In this document: positions 53,391 through 63,043 of the stretch, one piece after another
Layout of the letters: every line of letters begins with the position of its first letter
How positions within the stretch are numbered: the first letter of the stretch is position 1
Assembly (NCBI GenBank): GCA_036677365.1
Contig: JAVBWN010000031.1
Span: forward strand, 1-64,000
Length of the DNA: 64,000 bases
DNA from: Acholeplasma sp.
Lineage (GTDB): Bacteria > Bacillota_I > Bacilli_A > Acholeplasmatales > UBA5453
Direction of reading: 5' to 3'
Position numbers and translations under genes: made by a program
The notes under the pieces: model-generated
Told to the model about the DNA's origin: nothing
Database searches by the model: none
The model's input: only the letters and a program-made list of their open reading frames with translations

Positions 53391-53499
53391 ATTTTAGCAC
53401 CCCGACCTTCAAATCGTGTAAAAATTTTAGCACCCTAGTGTCATATCGTGTAATTTTTTAGCACCCTTGCGTTAAAATGTGTAGATTTTTAGCACCCCA
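53391..53499. repeat. Cluster 2 of 31-33-bp direct repeats, same motif as cluster 1
   Basis: TTAGCACCC at 53394, 53427, 53458, 53489; (C/T)AWA(T/A)(C/T)GTGTA units at 53410, 53442, 53473. Confidence 0.85.
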
Positions 53500-53584
53500 A
53501 TAAAATGGCTTAACAGAAGGGTTCTTTATAATGACTTTTGAATTTACCCTACACAGTCCAAAACAAAAAACCGCTTGGCCACCA

Positions 53585-54430
53585 TTAAACTTTTTTTAGC
53601 CAGGCTACTCCTACAGAATTTGGACCGGTATGTACGCTTATTACAGGCGATAACTCACAAATCTCTATATCATGATTAGGATATATTTTTTTCAACATGT
53701 CTCTAATTTTAACTGCGTTTTGATGTGAATTTGCATGTGCAACCATTATCAAAGACGAACAGTTTAACTGTTCTGCTTTGGCGATTTCAATTACATCCTG
53801 ATAAGCTTTTGAGAGTGAACGAACTTTTTTGTGTAGATTAATGTATCCATCTTCGAATTTCAAAATTGGCTTTATCTTGAGAAGAGTACCAATTATTGCA
53901 CTTACATTGTTTACTCTTCCCGTTCTTGCTAAATGCTTTAAATCGTCTACAATCAAATATATCGCTGCTTTTTCTCTTAGTATTTCGAGGATTGAGACAA
54001 TTTCATGTATCGTTTTCCCTTTTGAAGCTAAACGAACCGCCTCTTTAACAAACATTAATTGGATGGCAGAAGTATGTAGTGAATCAAACACCTCGATTTC
54101 TATACCTTCAATTTGATTCATTGCAAGTTTACCTGTACTATAAGTCCCACTAATTTTCGAACTGATCGTGATGTACAAGATTTGATCGTATTTGGATTTC
54201 AACATTTCAAATAACTCCAAAATTTCGCCGACGCTAGGTTGTGAAGTTGTCGGTATAATGGATGATTGATCCATCATTTGAAAAAACATTTCTTGTGTCA
54301 AATCAACTCCATCCGCATAGTCGTGATCTTTTATCATTAAATGAAGTGGAACAATGTATACATTTGGGTTTGATTTGACAAACTCTTTGTCCACTACAGC
54401 AGTACTATCTGTTACGATTGCTGTTTTCAT
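53585..54430 (-). CDS. DegV/FakB family fatty-acid binding protein
   Basis: IVTDST, TTSQPS, ISSKISGTY, L..TGRV, VISVHTGP. Confidence 0.92.
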   Translation of the reverse strand: MKTAIVTDSTAVVDKEFVKSNPNVYIVPLHLMIKDHDYADGVDLTQEMFFQMMDQSSIIPTTSQPSVGEILELFEMLKSKYDQILYITISSKISGTYSTGKLAMNQIEGIEIEVFDSLHTSAIQLMFVKEAVRLASKGKTIHEIVSILEILREKAAIYLIVDDLKHLARTGRVNNVSAIIGTLLKIKPILKFEDGYINLHKKVRSLSKAYQDVIEIAKAEQLNCSSLIMVAHANSHQNAVKIRDMLKKIYPNHDIEICELSPVISVHTGPNSVGVAWLKKV

Positions 54431-54640
54431 CTTTTATTGTTTCCTTTCTGTTGTGTCTTTAGCGAAAAATGATAAGGCATATACTTATAAAAATTATTAA
54501 TGAAAAGCAAACTTCTTTAATTTATCATAAAATTTTGCAATCGATTAACTATAATAACCTGAGCTGTTCAATATAAACTTGGGAGTTATAGTATCTAGTG
54601 TACCACTTGTTTGAGGGTACTAATCTTGGATTTAAAAGAA

Positions 54641-55276
54641 TTACAGATTATTTTCTAATAGAGTGACCAAGTCCGAAGGAGAATTGAGATCAAAGGTGTT
54701 AACATTTTTTATCTTTTCTTCGACTGTGTTTAATCCCCATCTCGCATATAAAAATGGAACACCTGCCTTCTGTGACGATTCATAATCCCTCACTTCATCA
54801 CCGATAAATAGTGTTTCGGACTTTAATAATCGATGGCTAGAAAGAATTTTTTTTATTGTTTTATGCTTTTTATTTAACGTGATGCCCGCGTGAATCTCAG
54901 TGAAATAATTCAATTGATGCTTTTGAATAAAGTTAGAGATGTCATCGTAATTATTCGCAGAAATAATGCTCAATTTTATGCCTTTATCCACCAGTTTTGC
55001 AAGCGATTCTTTGAGTTCTTTATACGGAACTGCCTGCGCTATTAATGAGGAAACTATTAATGAGGAATCCGCTTTAATTTTATGATAATTCCAAGGACGA
55101 ATTCCAAGTTTCCAAGCATAATAGATCGGTGAACGAGACTTTAATATCATTATCTGCTCCGGCGATATAAAATTAAGTTTATACTTTTTTTGTAATTTAT
55201 TATATACTTCTACCGTTGCATTTTCTGTATTTGCAATAGTCCCGTTGAAATCAAAAAAGACCATTTTTAAACTCAT
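54641..55276 (-). CDS. HAD-superfamily hydrolase-like protein (motif I reads DFNGT)
   Basis: FFDFNGTIA, FIGDEVRD, ARWG. Confidence 0.8.
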   Translation of the reverse strand: MSLKMVFFDFNGTIANTENATVEVYNKLQKKYKLNFISPEQIMILKSRSPIYYAWKLGIRPWNYHKIKADSSLIVSSLIAQAVPYKELKESLAKLVDKGIKLSIISANNYDDISNFIQKHQLNYFTEIHAGITLNKKHKTIKKILSSHRLLKSETLFIGDEVRDYESSQKAGVPFLYARWGLNTVEEKIKNVNTFDLNSPSDLVTLLENNL

Positions 55277-56169
55277 AAAGGCAAATCCTTTTTATCAAAG
55301 ACGATTACACTGGTTACGAATGCTATTATTGCCACTGCAAGCATAATCGCAAATTTCCAAATGTATTCGTATGAAAGCGCACTGATGGAAGCTGTGTCAA
55401 ATAGTGAAATGATGGTCATGTAGTTGAAAATCCGCATTTCTTCGACTCCAAATCCCATATTGACAAAATTGTCACTCCCAAATAAACCCATTATCTTGGT
55501 CAAAAAGAAAAAAACGGCTAGACCACCACCAAGAGCTAGTGAGTGTCTTGACAAGTTAAAAAGTGAGGATGCAAAAAAGGCAATTCCTGCTATGGAAAGA
55601 ATCGTGATAAATCCACCCAAATTCATCAATAGTACTTCGCCTACGTTTACTTCTCCGTAACCGATAAATTGTGAAACTACATCCATAGCAAACAACAACG
55701 TGTACATCGAAAAAAGCGAACCTATTAGGAAAGTAATCTGTGTAAAGATGACTTTTTTTCGTTTTATAGGTGATGAAAGGATATATGCCATGGATCCGCG
55801 ATCCACTTGAGCAGCCACGAGTTTATTGCCAGTGACCACGACATACAAAATGGGTAATAACAAACCGGCCATGGTATAAAACATATCGTGTATAGCTAAA
55901 TTTAAATCCATCGTTCCTATTTGTTCTAAACGAGATGGATCAATTCCAAATGCTTGAAATAAACCGGCAACGGTTAACCCTGACCCTGACATATCCAGTG
56001 CAGCGTAATACTGTGCCAGCGTTAATTGATCAATTTCAGAACTACCGATTCCTGATTTTCCTACAATTACATTGATAACCACAAGCATCGCACCGACACC
56101 TATCGTTGACACTAACCACAAGACCCAGTTTGCCTTGATTGACTGCTTTAATAAAGAACGACTAATCAT
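55273..56169 (-). CDS. ABC-2 type permease
   Basis: Multi-TM; VDRGSMAYILSSPIKR; C-terminal FDKKDLPL. Confidence 0.85.
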   Translation of the reverse strand: MISRSLLKQSIKANWVLWLVSTIGVGAMLVVINVIVGKSGIGSSEIDQLTLAQYYAALDMSGSGLTVAGLFQAFGIDPSRLEQIGTMDLNLAIHDMFYTMAGLLLPILYVVVTGNKLVAAQVDRGSMAYILSSPIKRKKVIFTQITFLIGSLFSMYTLLFAMDVVSQFIGYGEVNVGEVLLMNLGGFITILSIAGIAFFASSLFNLSRHSLALGGGLAVFFFLTKIMGLFGSDNFVNMGFGVEEMRIFNYMTIISLFDTASISALSYEYIWKFAIMLAVAIIAFVTSVIVFDKKDLPL

Positions 56170-57061
56170 GTTTTATTCCTCCTAATTTCGATTCAATATG
56201 CTTCCTTAAATCATATTTGATCTCTGAGATGTACTTGACTTTATGCTGATGAACAAAATCAAATAACTCATTCACTTCATTATCGAAAAGTTCTACGATT
56301 ATTTGATTGTACTGTGGTCGCTTTGTACGGACGAAAGGACATTGAGCAGCTGCCCATTCATAACCATCTTTTGTCATAAATCCTATCTTAAATGACTTGC
56401 GTTCATGATGTTTGATTTCACTTAATGTTGCTGAATCAACAATGTGCCCTTTATCAAGTAAAATATATCGATCACACACTTGCTCAATCTCTTCATAGAT
56501 GTGAGTGGCCATCAGTATGGTCTTTCCTTTTTTCTTCTCTTCTATGACCAAATCTAGAAAAGCCCTTCTCATCAACGGATCAAGTCCAGTCGTGGGTTCA
56601 TCAAACAATAAAATCGGTGAATCATGCATCAAAGCAGCGACAATTGCTGTCTTTTGTTTCATTCCTTTACTCATTCTTTTTAGGTTAGCCGAAGTATCCA
56701 ACTTTAACTTTTGACTCACATGATTAGCCATCTCATAATTCTTTGATTGCATTAATTCTGCCTGTGCTTTGATAAACTCGCGGCCTGTCGAGTAATCGGG
56801 AAATGCAATCTCACCTGGAATATAACCAATGATTTTTTTGAGTTCTGAACTGTCTCGCCAAGCATCTAATCCATTGATGATAATTTGTCCCCGAGTGGGT
56901 TGAATAAAGCCCATTAAAAGTCGTATGGTTGTTGTTTTCCCGCTTCCATTCGCTCCGGTAATTCCAATTACTTCACCTTGTTTAATTTCAAAATCGAGAT
57001 CAAAAACACCTTTTCCATTTCCAAAGTCTTTTGTTAAACCTGTCGATTTAATTATTGTCAT
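56162..57061 (-). CDS. ABC transporter ATP-binding protein
   Basis: GANGSGKTT, MSKGMKQK, FDEPTTGLDP. Confidence 0.9.
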   Translation of the reverse strand: MTIIKSTGLTKDFGNGKGVFDLDFEIKQGEVIGITGANGSGKTTTIRLLMGFIQPTRGQIIINGLDAWRDSSELKKIIGYIPGEIAFPDYSTGREFIKAQAELMQSKNYEMANHVSQKLKLDTSANLKRMSKGMKQKTAIVAALMHDSPILLFDEPTTGLDPLMRRAFLDLVIEEKKKGKTILMATHIYEEIEQVCDRYILLDKGHIVDSATLSEIKHHERKSFKIGFMTKDGYEWAAAQCPFVRTKRPQYNQIIVELFDNEVNELFDFVHQHKVKYISEIKYDLRKHIESKLGGIKHD

Positions 57062-57972
57062 TTGATTTCTCCAAATTCTCGTTCTGAAGTATAATACTGC
57101 ATAAAATAGTCCTCCAATGTAAACTTATTCTCTTTAAAATATTTCATTTTATGGTGCTTGATAAGTTGGATAAAGTCGTTGATTTCAGAATCCTTAACGG
57201 CAATTTTGACTTGATATTTAGCATCATCAAATTGTTGAATTGAAAATGGTCCACTTTTTACAATTTGATAATCATCTTTCGAAGTAAATTCCATTTGATA
57301 GATTTTTTGAGTACTATGTTGGATTTCTGATGTCTCAATCATTGAGACAATTTTACCTTCTTTAATGATGGCGACACGATCACAGACTTCATCCACCTCA
57401 CTGAAGATATGAGAAGAAAGAAAGATGGTTTTTCCTCTCTTCTTCTCCGCTTTGATAAAGTCGAGAAATCTCCTTTGCATTAAAATATCGAGTCCGCTTG
57501 TTGGTTCATCCAATACGAGTATCTTCGGATCATGCATGAAGGCAATCACAATGGCAAGTTTTCGCTTTGTGCCCAACGCCATTTGTTTAATCATGGGGGA
57601 AGGATCTAGTTGAAAAATTGATAGCAATTCATCCAACCTAGAAACTGCTCCATCACGGTGTAGGCCTTGAATCATTTGGATAAGTTCTCGCCCCGTCAAA
57701 GCTTCTGGAAACGCAATTTCACCGGGAATGTAACCGACGTCATTCATGATTTCTTGATAATGAATCCAAGTGTCTAAACCTTTTACTTTAATCTCACCTT
57801 GACCTGGTTTAGAGAACCCTAATAAGTGTCTGATGGTCGTAGTTTTTCCAGCACCATTCGGTCCTAAAAAGCCAAACGATTCACCTTCAAACACATCAAA
57901 TGTGATGTCAAAAACACCACGGCTATAACCGTAATTCTTGGTGAAGTGACTTACTTCAATGATTTTTTTCAT
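57058..57972 (-). CDS. ABC transporter ATP-binding protein
   Basis: GPNGAGKTT, LDEPTSGLD, SSH. Confidence 0.9.
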   Translation of the reverse strand: MKKIIEVSHFTKNYGYSRGVFDITFDVFEGESFGFLGPNGAGKTTTIRHLLGFSKPGQGEIKVKGLDTWIHYQEIMNDVGYIPGEIAFPEALTGRELIQMIQGLHRDGAVSRLDELLSIFQLDPSPMIKQMALGTKRKLAIVIAFMHDPKILVLDEPTSGLDILMQRRFLDFIKAEKKRGKTIFLSSHIFSEVDEVCDRVAIIKEGKIVSMIETSEIQHSTQKIYQMEFTSKDDYQIVKSGPFSIQQFDDAKYQVKIAVKDSEINDFIQLIKHHKMKYFKENKFTLEDYFMQYYTSEREFGEIK

Positions 57973-57979
57973 AGATTAT

Positions 57980-58306
57980 TCAAAACTCCTTCCCAAGCAA
58001 TTCAAAAGTGGTAAACATCTGTTTAAATTCTGATATGCAATTATCCAGTAGAACGCGTCCTTTTTGAGTCATTTCGTAGTATCTCCTTCTTTTGCCATGA
58101 ACTACCTTATCGATGCCCAAAAGTATTCCATCATGAGTCATTTTTTTGAGGAACGGATAAATATATGATGGACCGGTTCGATAACCCAATCGATTCATTT
58201 TATCTATTATCGCAACACCAAAAGTTGGTGATTGGGCAATTAACTTTAATATAACTAATTCATGAAATCCTAATTGTATTTTGTTTTTCAGACTTTCGAT
58301 TAACAT
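57980..58306 (-). CDS. PadR family transcriptional regulator
   Basis: GPSYIYPFLKKM, KRRRYYEMTQKG. Confidence 0.8.
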   Translation of the reverse strand: MLIESLKNKIQLGFHELVILKLIAQSPTFGVAIIDKMNRLGYRTGPSYIYPFLKKMTHDGILLGIDKVVHGKRRRYYEMTQKGRVLLDNCISEFKQMFTTFELLGKEF

Positions 58307-58445
58307 CGTTTCACCTTCTTGTCTTTTTATGATATCATTTTTTTATATTATACATTTAAAGTTCAATCTTTACAAGAAAGAAATTTAAAACTGGTTGTAT
58401 AAAAAAAGTCTGACACAAATTATGTCAAACCTAAGCTTCTTCTGG

Positions 58446-59246
58446 CTATATGCCAAAATAATCACATAAGACGAGATAAGCAGCGTATCTTTTAGCACCC
58501 TTCTTCGATTTGGAGAGTGCTGTTTTGGTTATTGACCAGCTTCTAACATAACAAGTGCATTCCCACCAGAGCACACCATCATCGAGCACTTGTTCTTCAG
58601 GTATATCGTATTCAGGTATAGAGCATCTACCGCTTTCAGCTAATTCTTTAAGCGTACTGACTGCATTATCCTGTGTTAGATTTTCCTTTAATTCGTCGAT
58701 ACCATCTTCTACATCTTGCAGTTGATCTTCAATTTGAAGCATGAATTCCACTGAGTTTTGAAGCTCATCCGGATCCCAATCGCTGTCAATTGCGATCGCA
58801 CCAAGAATTGCTTCAAACAAATCTGCTTTAACTTTTTCTTGATTCCAAACCTTGTTGTCAACATCACTTTGTCCCAAGTACATCATTGTCTTAAAACCTA
58901 GTTCTTCAATTCTTCTAGCAAGATTCGCATTGCTTACGATTTCTTTTTTAAGCTCAGTAAAGTCTTGTTCGTTTCGATGAGCCTTGATGCAGTATTCATC
59001 GTTGTCTTCTTCCTCATTGTAATAATCTGTTTGAGACTTGAAGAATCCGTATCTTTCCGCGATGACTTTGGTCACATAAAAATCTAAAACTCTATCGCCT
59101 AAGAATTCCAATACCTCATTGTTTTCTCCACCAAATTCAGCTGAATATGACTTTCTGGTGAAAGCTTGAAGCAATAAATCCGTGTTCTTAAAATAGTAAC
59201 TACATTTTCTTTGTACATCATCGATGTGTTCTTTTAAATCATTCAT
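58446..59246 (-). CDS. Accessory ribonuclease III (catalytic domain plus dsRBD)
   Basis: NEVLEFLGD, KADLFEAILGAI, C-terminal SKSKKGAKRYAA; AGGAGG RBS before ATG at 59246. Confidence 0.88.
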   Translation of the reverse strand: MNDLKEHIDDVQRKCSYYFKNTDLLLQAFTRKSYSAEFGGENNEVLEFLGDRVLDFYVTKVIAERYGFFKSQTDYYNEEEDNDEYCIKAHRNEQDFTELKKEIVSNANLARRIEELGFKTMMYLGQSDVDNKVWNQEKVKADLFEAILGAIAIDSDWDPDELQNSVEFMLQIEDQLQDVEDGIDELKENLTQDNAVSTLKELAESGRCSIPEYDIPEEQVLDDGVLWWECTCYVRSWSITKTALSKSKKGAKRYAAYLVLCDYFGI

Positions 59247-59264
59247 TTGATTTCCTCCTATGAT

Positions 59265-59468
59265 TTGTCCGAGAAAATAAAAAAGACCTCCCGATGAAAT
59301 AGGTGTACTCCTGCATAAATACACTTATCCCTTGAATAGGTCTTATTAAATCAAAATAGTACTTGTAAGACTTTAAGCATATTAACTCCCGCTTCCCGAA
59401 AGAATTAATATACAAATCGCGTTACTCAATTACTTTGAGGAAATAATTCCCTTACCTTATCGGACTAA
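59265..59468 (-). ncRNA. Putative structured leader or small RNA upstream of the RNase III gene
   Basis: Promoter TAGACA-N17-TATATT; GUCCGA/UCGGAC closing stem; three internal hairpins, the last followed by a U tract. Confidence 0.55.
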
Positions 59469-59514
59469 CTTTAATATACAATAAAAATGTTATTTTGTCT
59501 ATAGCCTCATATTG

Positions 59515-59538
59515 AAAAAAGCCTCTTCATTGAGGCTG
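59515..59538 (-). terminator. Terminator after the recombinase operon
   Basis: AGCCTC-TTCATT-GAGGCT hairpin with A6 tract. Confidence 0.7.
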
Positions 59539-59545
59539 ATTTTCA

Positions 59546-61114
59546 TTAAATCGTAATTTCTTGTCCATTCTTAAATTTGAAACTTACAGTGCTATTCTTG
59601 TTCACAACCGCTTCATTCAACATTGTATTCCATAGAACTGAATCGAATACTTCTATGAAATCTTGCTTGTCTTCAATCTCTTTAACAAAGGATTTCATTG
59701 CTTCAGCTTTTTGATTTTTCAACTCACGTTCAATAAGTGTTTCATCCAATTGCTCTTTGAGCGTTTGAAATTTTTCCAAGTGTGCATTATAGCGTTTCAT
59801 GTATTCATCTTGGTTTTGTGTTCTTAATGAATTGTCTTTAATCATCCCTTCAATAAGAAGCTTAAGATCGGATATCTCGTCATTCAAGCTCTCTATTTTG
59901 CTATCAATTTCGGAGGTATCTGTGAGCACTGTGATGAGCTCATTTGTATCTTCAATCAGTTCTTTCTTGTTCACCATCACTTGATTGTATGCTTGTACGA
60001 ACCTCTCATTGATTGATTCTTTGGATAGGCTTGGCGTATCACACTTGTTGATGAATTTCTTATTGCATTGCATCATGACTTTACGATGTGGTGTGTTGGA
60101 ATGCCAAACTTTAGCACCATAAAAGTGTCCACAACAACCACAGATCAACCTTGATGAATAAGGATTAATCGTTGAATATGCATATTTAAATCTATCTCTA
60201 CTTGAGAGTTCTTCTTTCACAAGATTCCATTCTTCTTTGTCAATAATGCTTGGATGACTATTCTCAACATAATATTGAGTCAGAACACCATTGTTCTTCT
60301 TGACGGTGTGGTCGAGGTAATTCTCAACATACCCCTTTTGAAGGAGTGCATCGCCTTTATATTTTTCGTTGGTCAGTATTGAGGTAATATTCAATGTAGT
60401 CCATGCCGTTTTCTTAGATGGTTTGGAATAGTTGTTTCTATTGAGAAACTCTGCAATCGCTGACCTTGACCACCCATCTCTAAGAAATAACCTGTAAATA
60501 AGTTTGACAATCTCGGCTTCATTCTTATTGATGACGATTTTACCATCTACCTTGTCATAGCCTAAGAAATTCTTATAAGGCATCTTGACCTTGCCTTCTT
60601 TGTAACCCCAACGGATACCCATCTTCACATTCTCACTGATACTTCTACTTTCTTCTTGAGCAATCGCAGCGAGCATCGACAGCACCATCTCACTTTTAGA
60701 GTCAAAGGTCCATAAGTTTTCTTTTTCAAAGTAGACCTCAACACCTGCAGTTTTCAACTTTCTTATGTGAGTGATGGTATCAAGCGTATTTCTTGCGAAG
60801 CGTGAGATGGACTTGGTAATAATGAGGTTAATCTTTCCTTCAAGGGCATCTTTAATCATTAGATTGAAACTTGCTCTGCGTTTGGTACTAGTTCCTGATA
60901 TGCCCTCATCCGCATAGACGTTCACATAATCCCAGTCAACTCTATCTTGAATGAAATCTTTGTAGTACTTAACCTGTGCTTCATAAGAACTATACTGCTC
61001 ATCGGAGTCCGTTGAAACACGAGCATAAGCTGCAACCTTTCTTCTTTCAGACGAATGGATACTTTGCTGTGTTAGTGGATTGATGGTTGATGGTATGACT
61101 CTAACTTTTCCCAT
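59546..61114 (-). CDS. Large serine recombinase
   Basis: YARVST, ITKSISRFARN, AQEESRSISEN, Zn-ribbon CGCCG...C, coiled coil. Confidence 0.95.
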   Translation of the reverse strand: MGKVRVIPSTINPLTQQSIHSSERRKVAAYARVSTDSDEQYSSYEAQVKYYKDFIQDRVDWDYVNVYADEGISGTSTKRRASFNLMIKDALEGKINLIITKSISRFARNTLDTITHIRKLKTAGVEVYFEKENLWTFDSKSEMVLSMLAAIAQEESRSISENVKMGIRWGYKEGKVKMPYKNFLGYDKVDGKIVINKNEAEIVKLIYRLFLRDGWSRSAIAEFLNRNNYSKPSKKTAWTTLNITSILTNEKYKGDALLQKGYVENYLDHTVKKNNGVLTQYYVENSHPSIIDKEEWNLVKEELSSRDRFKYAYSTINPYSSRLICGCCGHFYGAKVWHSNTPHRKVMMQCNKKFINKCDTPSLSKESINERFVQAYNQVMVNKKELIEDTNELITVLTDTSEIDSKIESLNDEISDLKLLIEGMIKDNSLRTQNQDEYMKRYNAHLEKFQTLKEQLDETLIERELKNQKAEAMKSFVKEIEDKQDFIEVFDSVLWNTMLNEAVVNKNSTVSFKFKNGQEITI

Positions 61115-62430
61115 GTTAATACTCTCCTATTTTCATTTGCCTTCTTTGTGTTTTGTCTTGCTTTCTCTTTTATTTCAGGTGTCCATGAGTCTTTTCTTGA
61201 TATCTCTTTCCATGTGATTTCATCAACAGTACCATTCATTAAATGAAGTTCTATCTTGTTATCTTTCTGGGCGACCATGTAATTAACCTTCTTGTTAAAC
61301 TTTCTTTCATCAAATGATGTTGTACCTAAATACTGATTCAGTGTTTCATATAGACTTTTTTCTGGGATTCGTCTTGATTCACTACAGAATGCTTTACCTT
61401 GAGTGTTATACGTCGTACAAATCCAGAAATCATGCTTCGGTGTAGTCTTGTGTTGATAGCCACCCCCACAACATCCACATTTAATCTTGTTCGTGAATGG
61501 ATAGGCGTTTGTAGTTCTTTTCACATTCGTTTTGAATCGATTTGCTCTTTGATTTCGAATAGTCTGAGTTTCTTTGAATGTTTCTTTACTGATGATGGAC
61601 TCATGATTGTCCTCCACATGATACTGATGAAACTCACCATTGTTCTTAACCTTTTTCTTTGTTAAGTGATTCTCAAGGTATGTTTTTTGAAGAATCAAAT
61701 CGCCTGTATAACTATTGTTCTTTAGGATTTGAAGGATGGAACCATAACTCCATAATTTAGAGTGCATTGGTTTGATACCATCTTGATTGAGTTGTTTCGT
61801 AATGGCAAGTATTCCTAAACCGCCTATATAGAGGTTGAATATTCTTTGAATCACTTCCGCTTGTTCAGGAACCACAATGAAGTTCTTATTTACCACTTTG
61901 TATCCGTAGAAGTCTCTAGCACCCCATGAAATACCCTTTTCGAAATCCTTCTTGATTCTCCACTTCATGTTTTCACTCACCGATCTCGCTTCTTCTTGGT
62001 AGAAACTCGCAAGCAGCGTCAGCATAAACTCACCATCCGTCGATAAAGTATGCAAATTCTGTGACTCGAAATAGACATCAACACCTAATGCATTCATTTC
62101 CCTAATCGTTCGAATCACTGTTTCTGTATTTCTACCGAACCTGCTGATTGACTTCGTAATGATTAAATCGATTTTCCCAGCCTTTGCATCTTCCACCATG
62201 CGTTTGAATTCGGGTCGGTCTTCCTTCGTCCCACTGATGCCTTCATCTGCATACACACCTATAAACTGCCATTTAGGATTTGAGCTTATCATCTTGTTGT
62301 AATGACTAACCTGGCTAGAAAGCGACTGAAGCATGGCTTCTTTTTCTGATGAGACCCTGGCATACGCACAGACTCTTTGCAACTTAAGTATCTGTTCATC
62401 AGCATCGATTTTATTGATTCTTGTTCTCAC
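61072..62430 (-). CDS. Large serine recombinase
   Basis: YARVSS, TKSISRFGRN, YTGDLILQK, CGCCG...C; GTG start with AAGGAG RBS. Confidence 0.95.
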   Translation of the reverse strand: MRTRINKIDADEQILKLQRVCAYARVSSEKEAMLQSLSSQVSHYNKMISSNPKWQFIGVYADEGISGTKEDRPEFKRMVEDAKAGKIDLIITKSISRFGRNTETVIRTIREMNALGVDVYFESQNLHTLSTDGEFMLTLLASFYQEEARSVSENMKWRIKKDFEKGISWGARDFYGYKVVNKNFIVVPEQAEVIQRIFNLYIGGLGILAITKQLNQDGIKPMHSKLWSYGSILQILKNNSYTGDLILQKTYLENHLTKKKVKNNGEFHQYHVEDNHESIISKETFKETQTIRNQRANRFKTNVKRTTNAYPFTNKIKCGCCGGGYQHKTTPKHDFWICTTYNTQGKAFCSESRRIPEKSLYETLNQYLGTTSFDERKFNKKVNYMVAQKDNKIELHLMNGTVDEITWKEISRKDSWTPEIKEKARQNTKKANENRRVLTWEKLESYHQPSIH

Positions 62431-62434
62431 TGTA

Positions 62435-62644
62435 TCACTCCTTTTTTGTATTACTATATATCACTCTTTTGGCTTCAATTATCAAGTCATTAAGCTTAAA
62501 AATGCTATTAGGTTTGATACAATGTTTTTTGGCTAAATGCATCTCCGCTTTGATGAAATCTTCTTCATCGATGATGTTCCTAATAAACATCGTTTCCATA
62601 ACTTTGATGCCATTCACATATCTATTCAAATTGTCCATGTTCAT
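62435..62644 (-). CDS. Small SHOCT-like protein of recombinase module
   Basis: MFIRNIIDEEDFIK..LAKKH pattern; typical position before paired serine recombinases. Confidence 0.6.
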   Translation of the reverse strand: MNMDNLNRYVNGIKVMETMFIRNIIDEEDFIKAEMHLAKKHCIKPNSIFKLNDLIIEAKRVIYSNTKKE

Positions 62645-62894
62645 TTGGTTTTCCCCCTTTCTTTTGAGAATTCCAATAATCGTATCTGCATGAATCATTG
62701 CAATACACTTTTCTTTTCTTACCTTCTACAAAGATTAACTTTTTACCACAAAACTTGCAGGTTGCACCTTCATCCTTTTCCCTGAGTGCATTTCGCACTG
62801 AACCGATGGATATGTTTAGCTCACTTGCAATCTTTTTGTACCCGATACCTTGTTCATTCATTTGTGTGATTTGATTTTTGATTTCTGCTCTCAT
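62622..62894 (-). CDS. HTH plus Cys4 zinc-finger protein
   Basis: GIGYKKIASELNISIGSVR; CKFCG...YCNDSCR..YWN; AGGAGG RBS. Confidence 0.8.
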   Translation of the reverse strand: MRAEIKNQITQMNEQGIGYKKIASELNISIGSVRNALREKDEGATCKFCGKKLIFVEGKKRKVYCNDSCRYDYWNSQKKGGKPNEHGQFE

Positions 62895-63003
62895 GTATAT
62901 TACCTCCTAAATCTTAGTCCGCAGAAATCGTGTAAAAGTTCGGGTTATTATAGTATTTTTTATAATATTTTCTTTATTGCAACAAAGATCTCAAATTTCG
63001 CAA

Positions 63004-63039
63004 CAAAAAAGACCTCCAGGAGATGATTCCCAGAGGTCA
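63004..63039 (-). terminator. Terminator after holin-like genes
   Basis: GACCTC...GAGGTC hairpin with adjacent A tract. Confidence 0.65.
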
Positions 63040-63043
63040 CTAG

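Noticed and set aside
53391..53499. Repeat clusters as a mini-CRISPR array or CIRCE elements
   Set aside because: Variable parts are only about 6-8 nt, the motif differs from the CRISPR repeat, and TTAGCAC has no inverted partner at N9
58446..59246. RNase III as a dedicated crRNA-maturation factor for the Cas9 locus
   Set aside because: It lies about 40 kb away in a different element; nothing in the sequence links them, though activity in trans is not excluded
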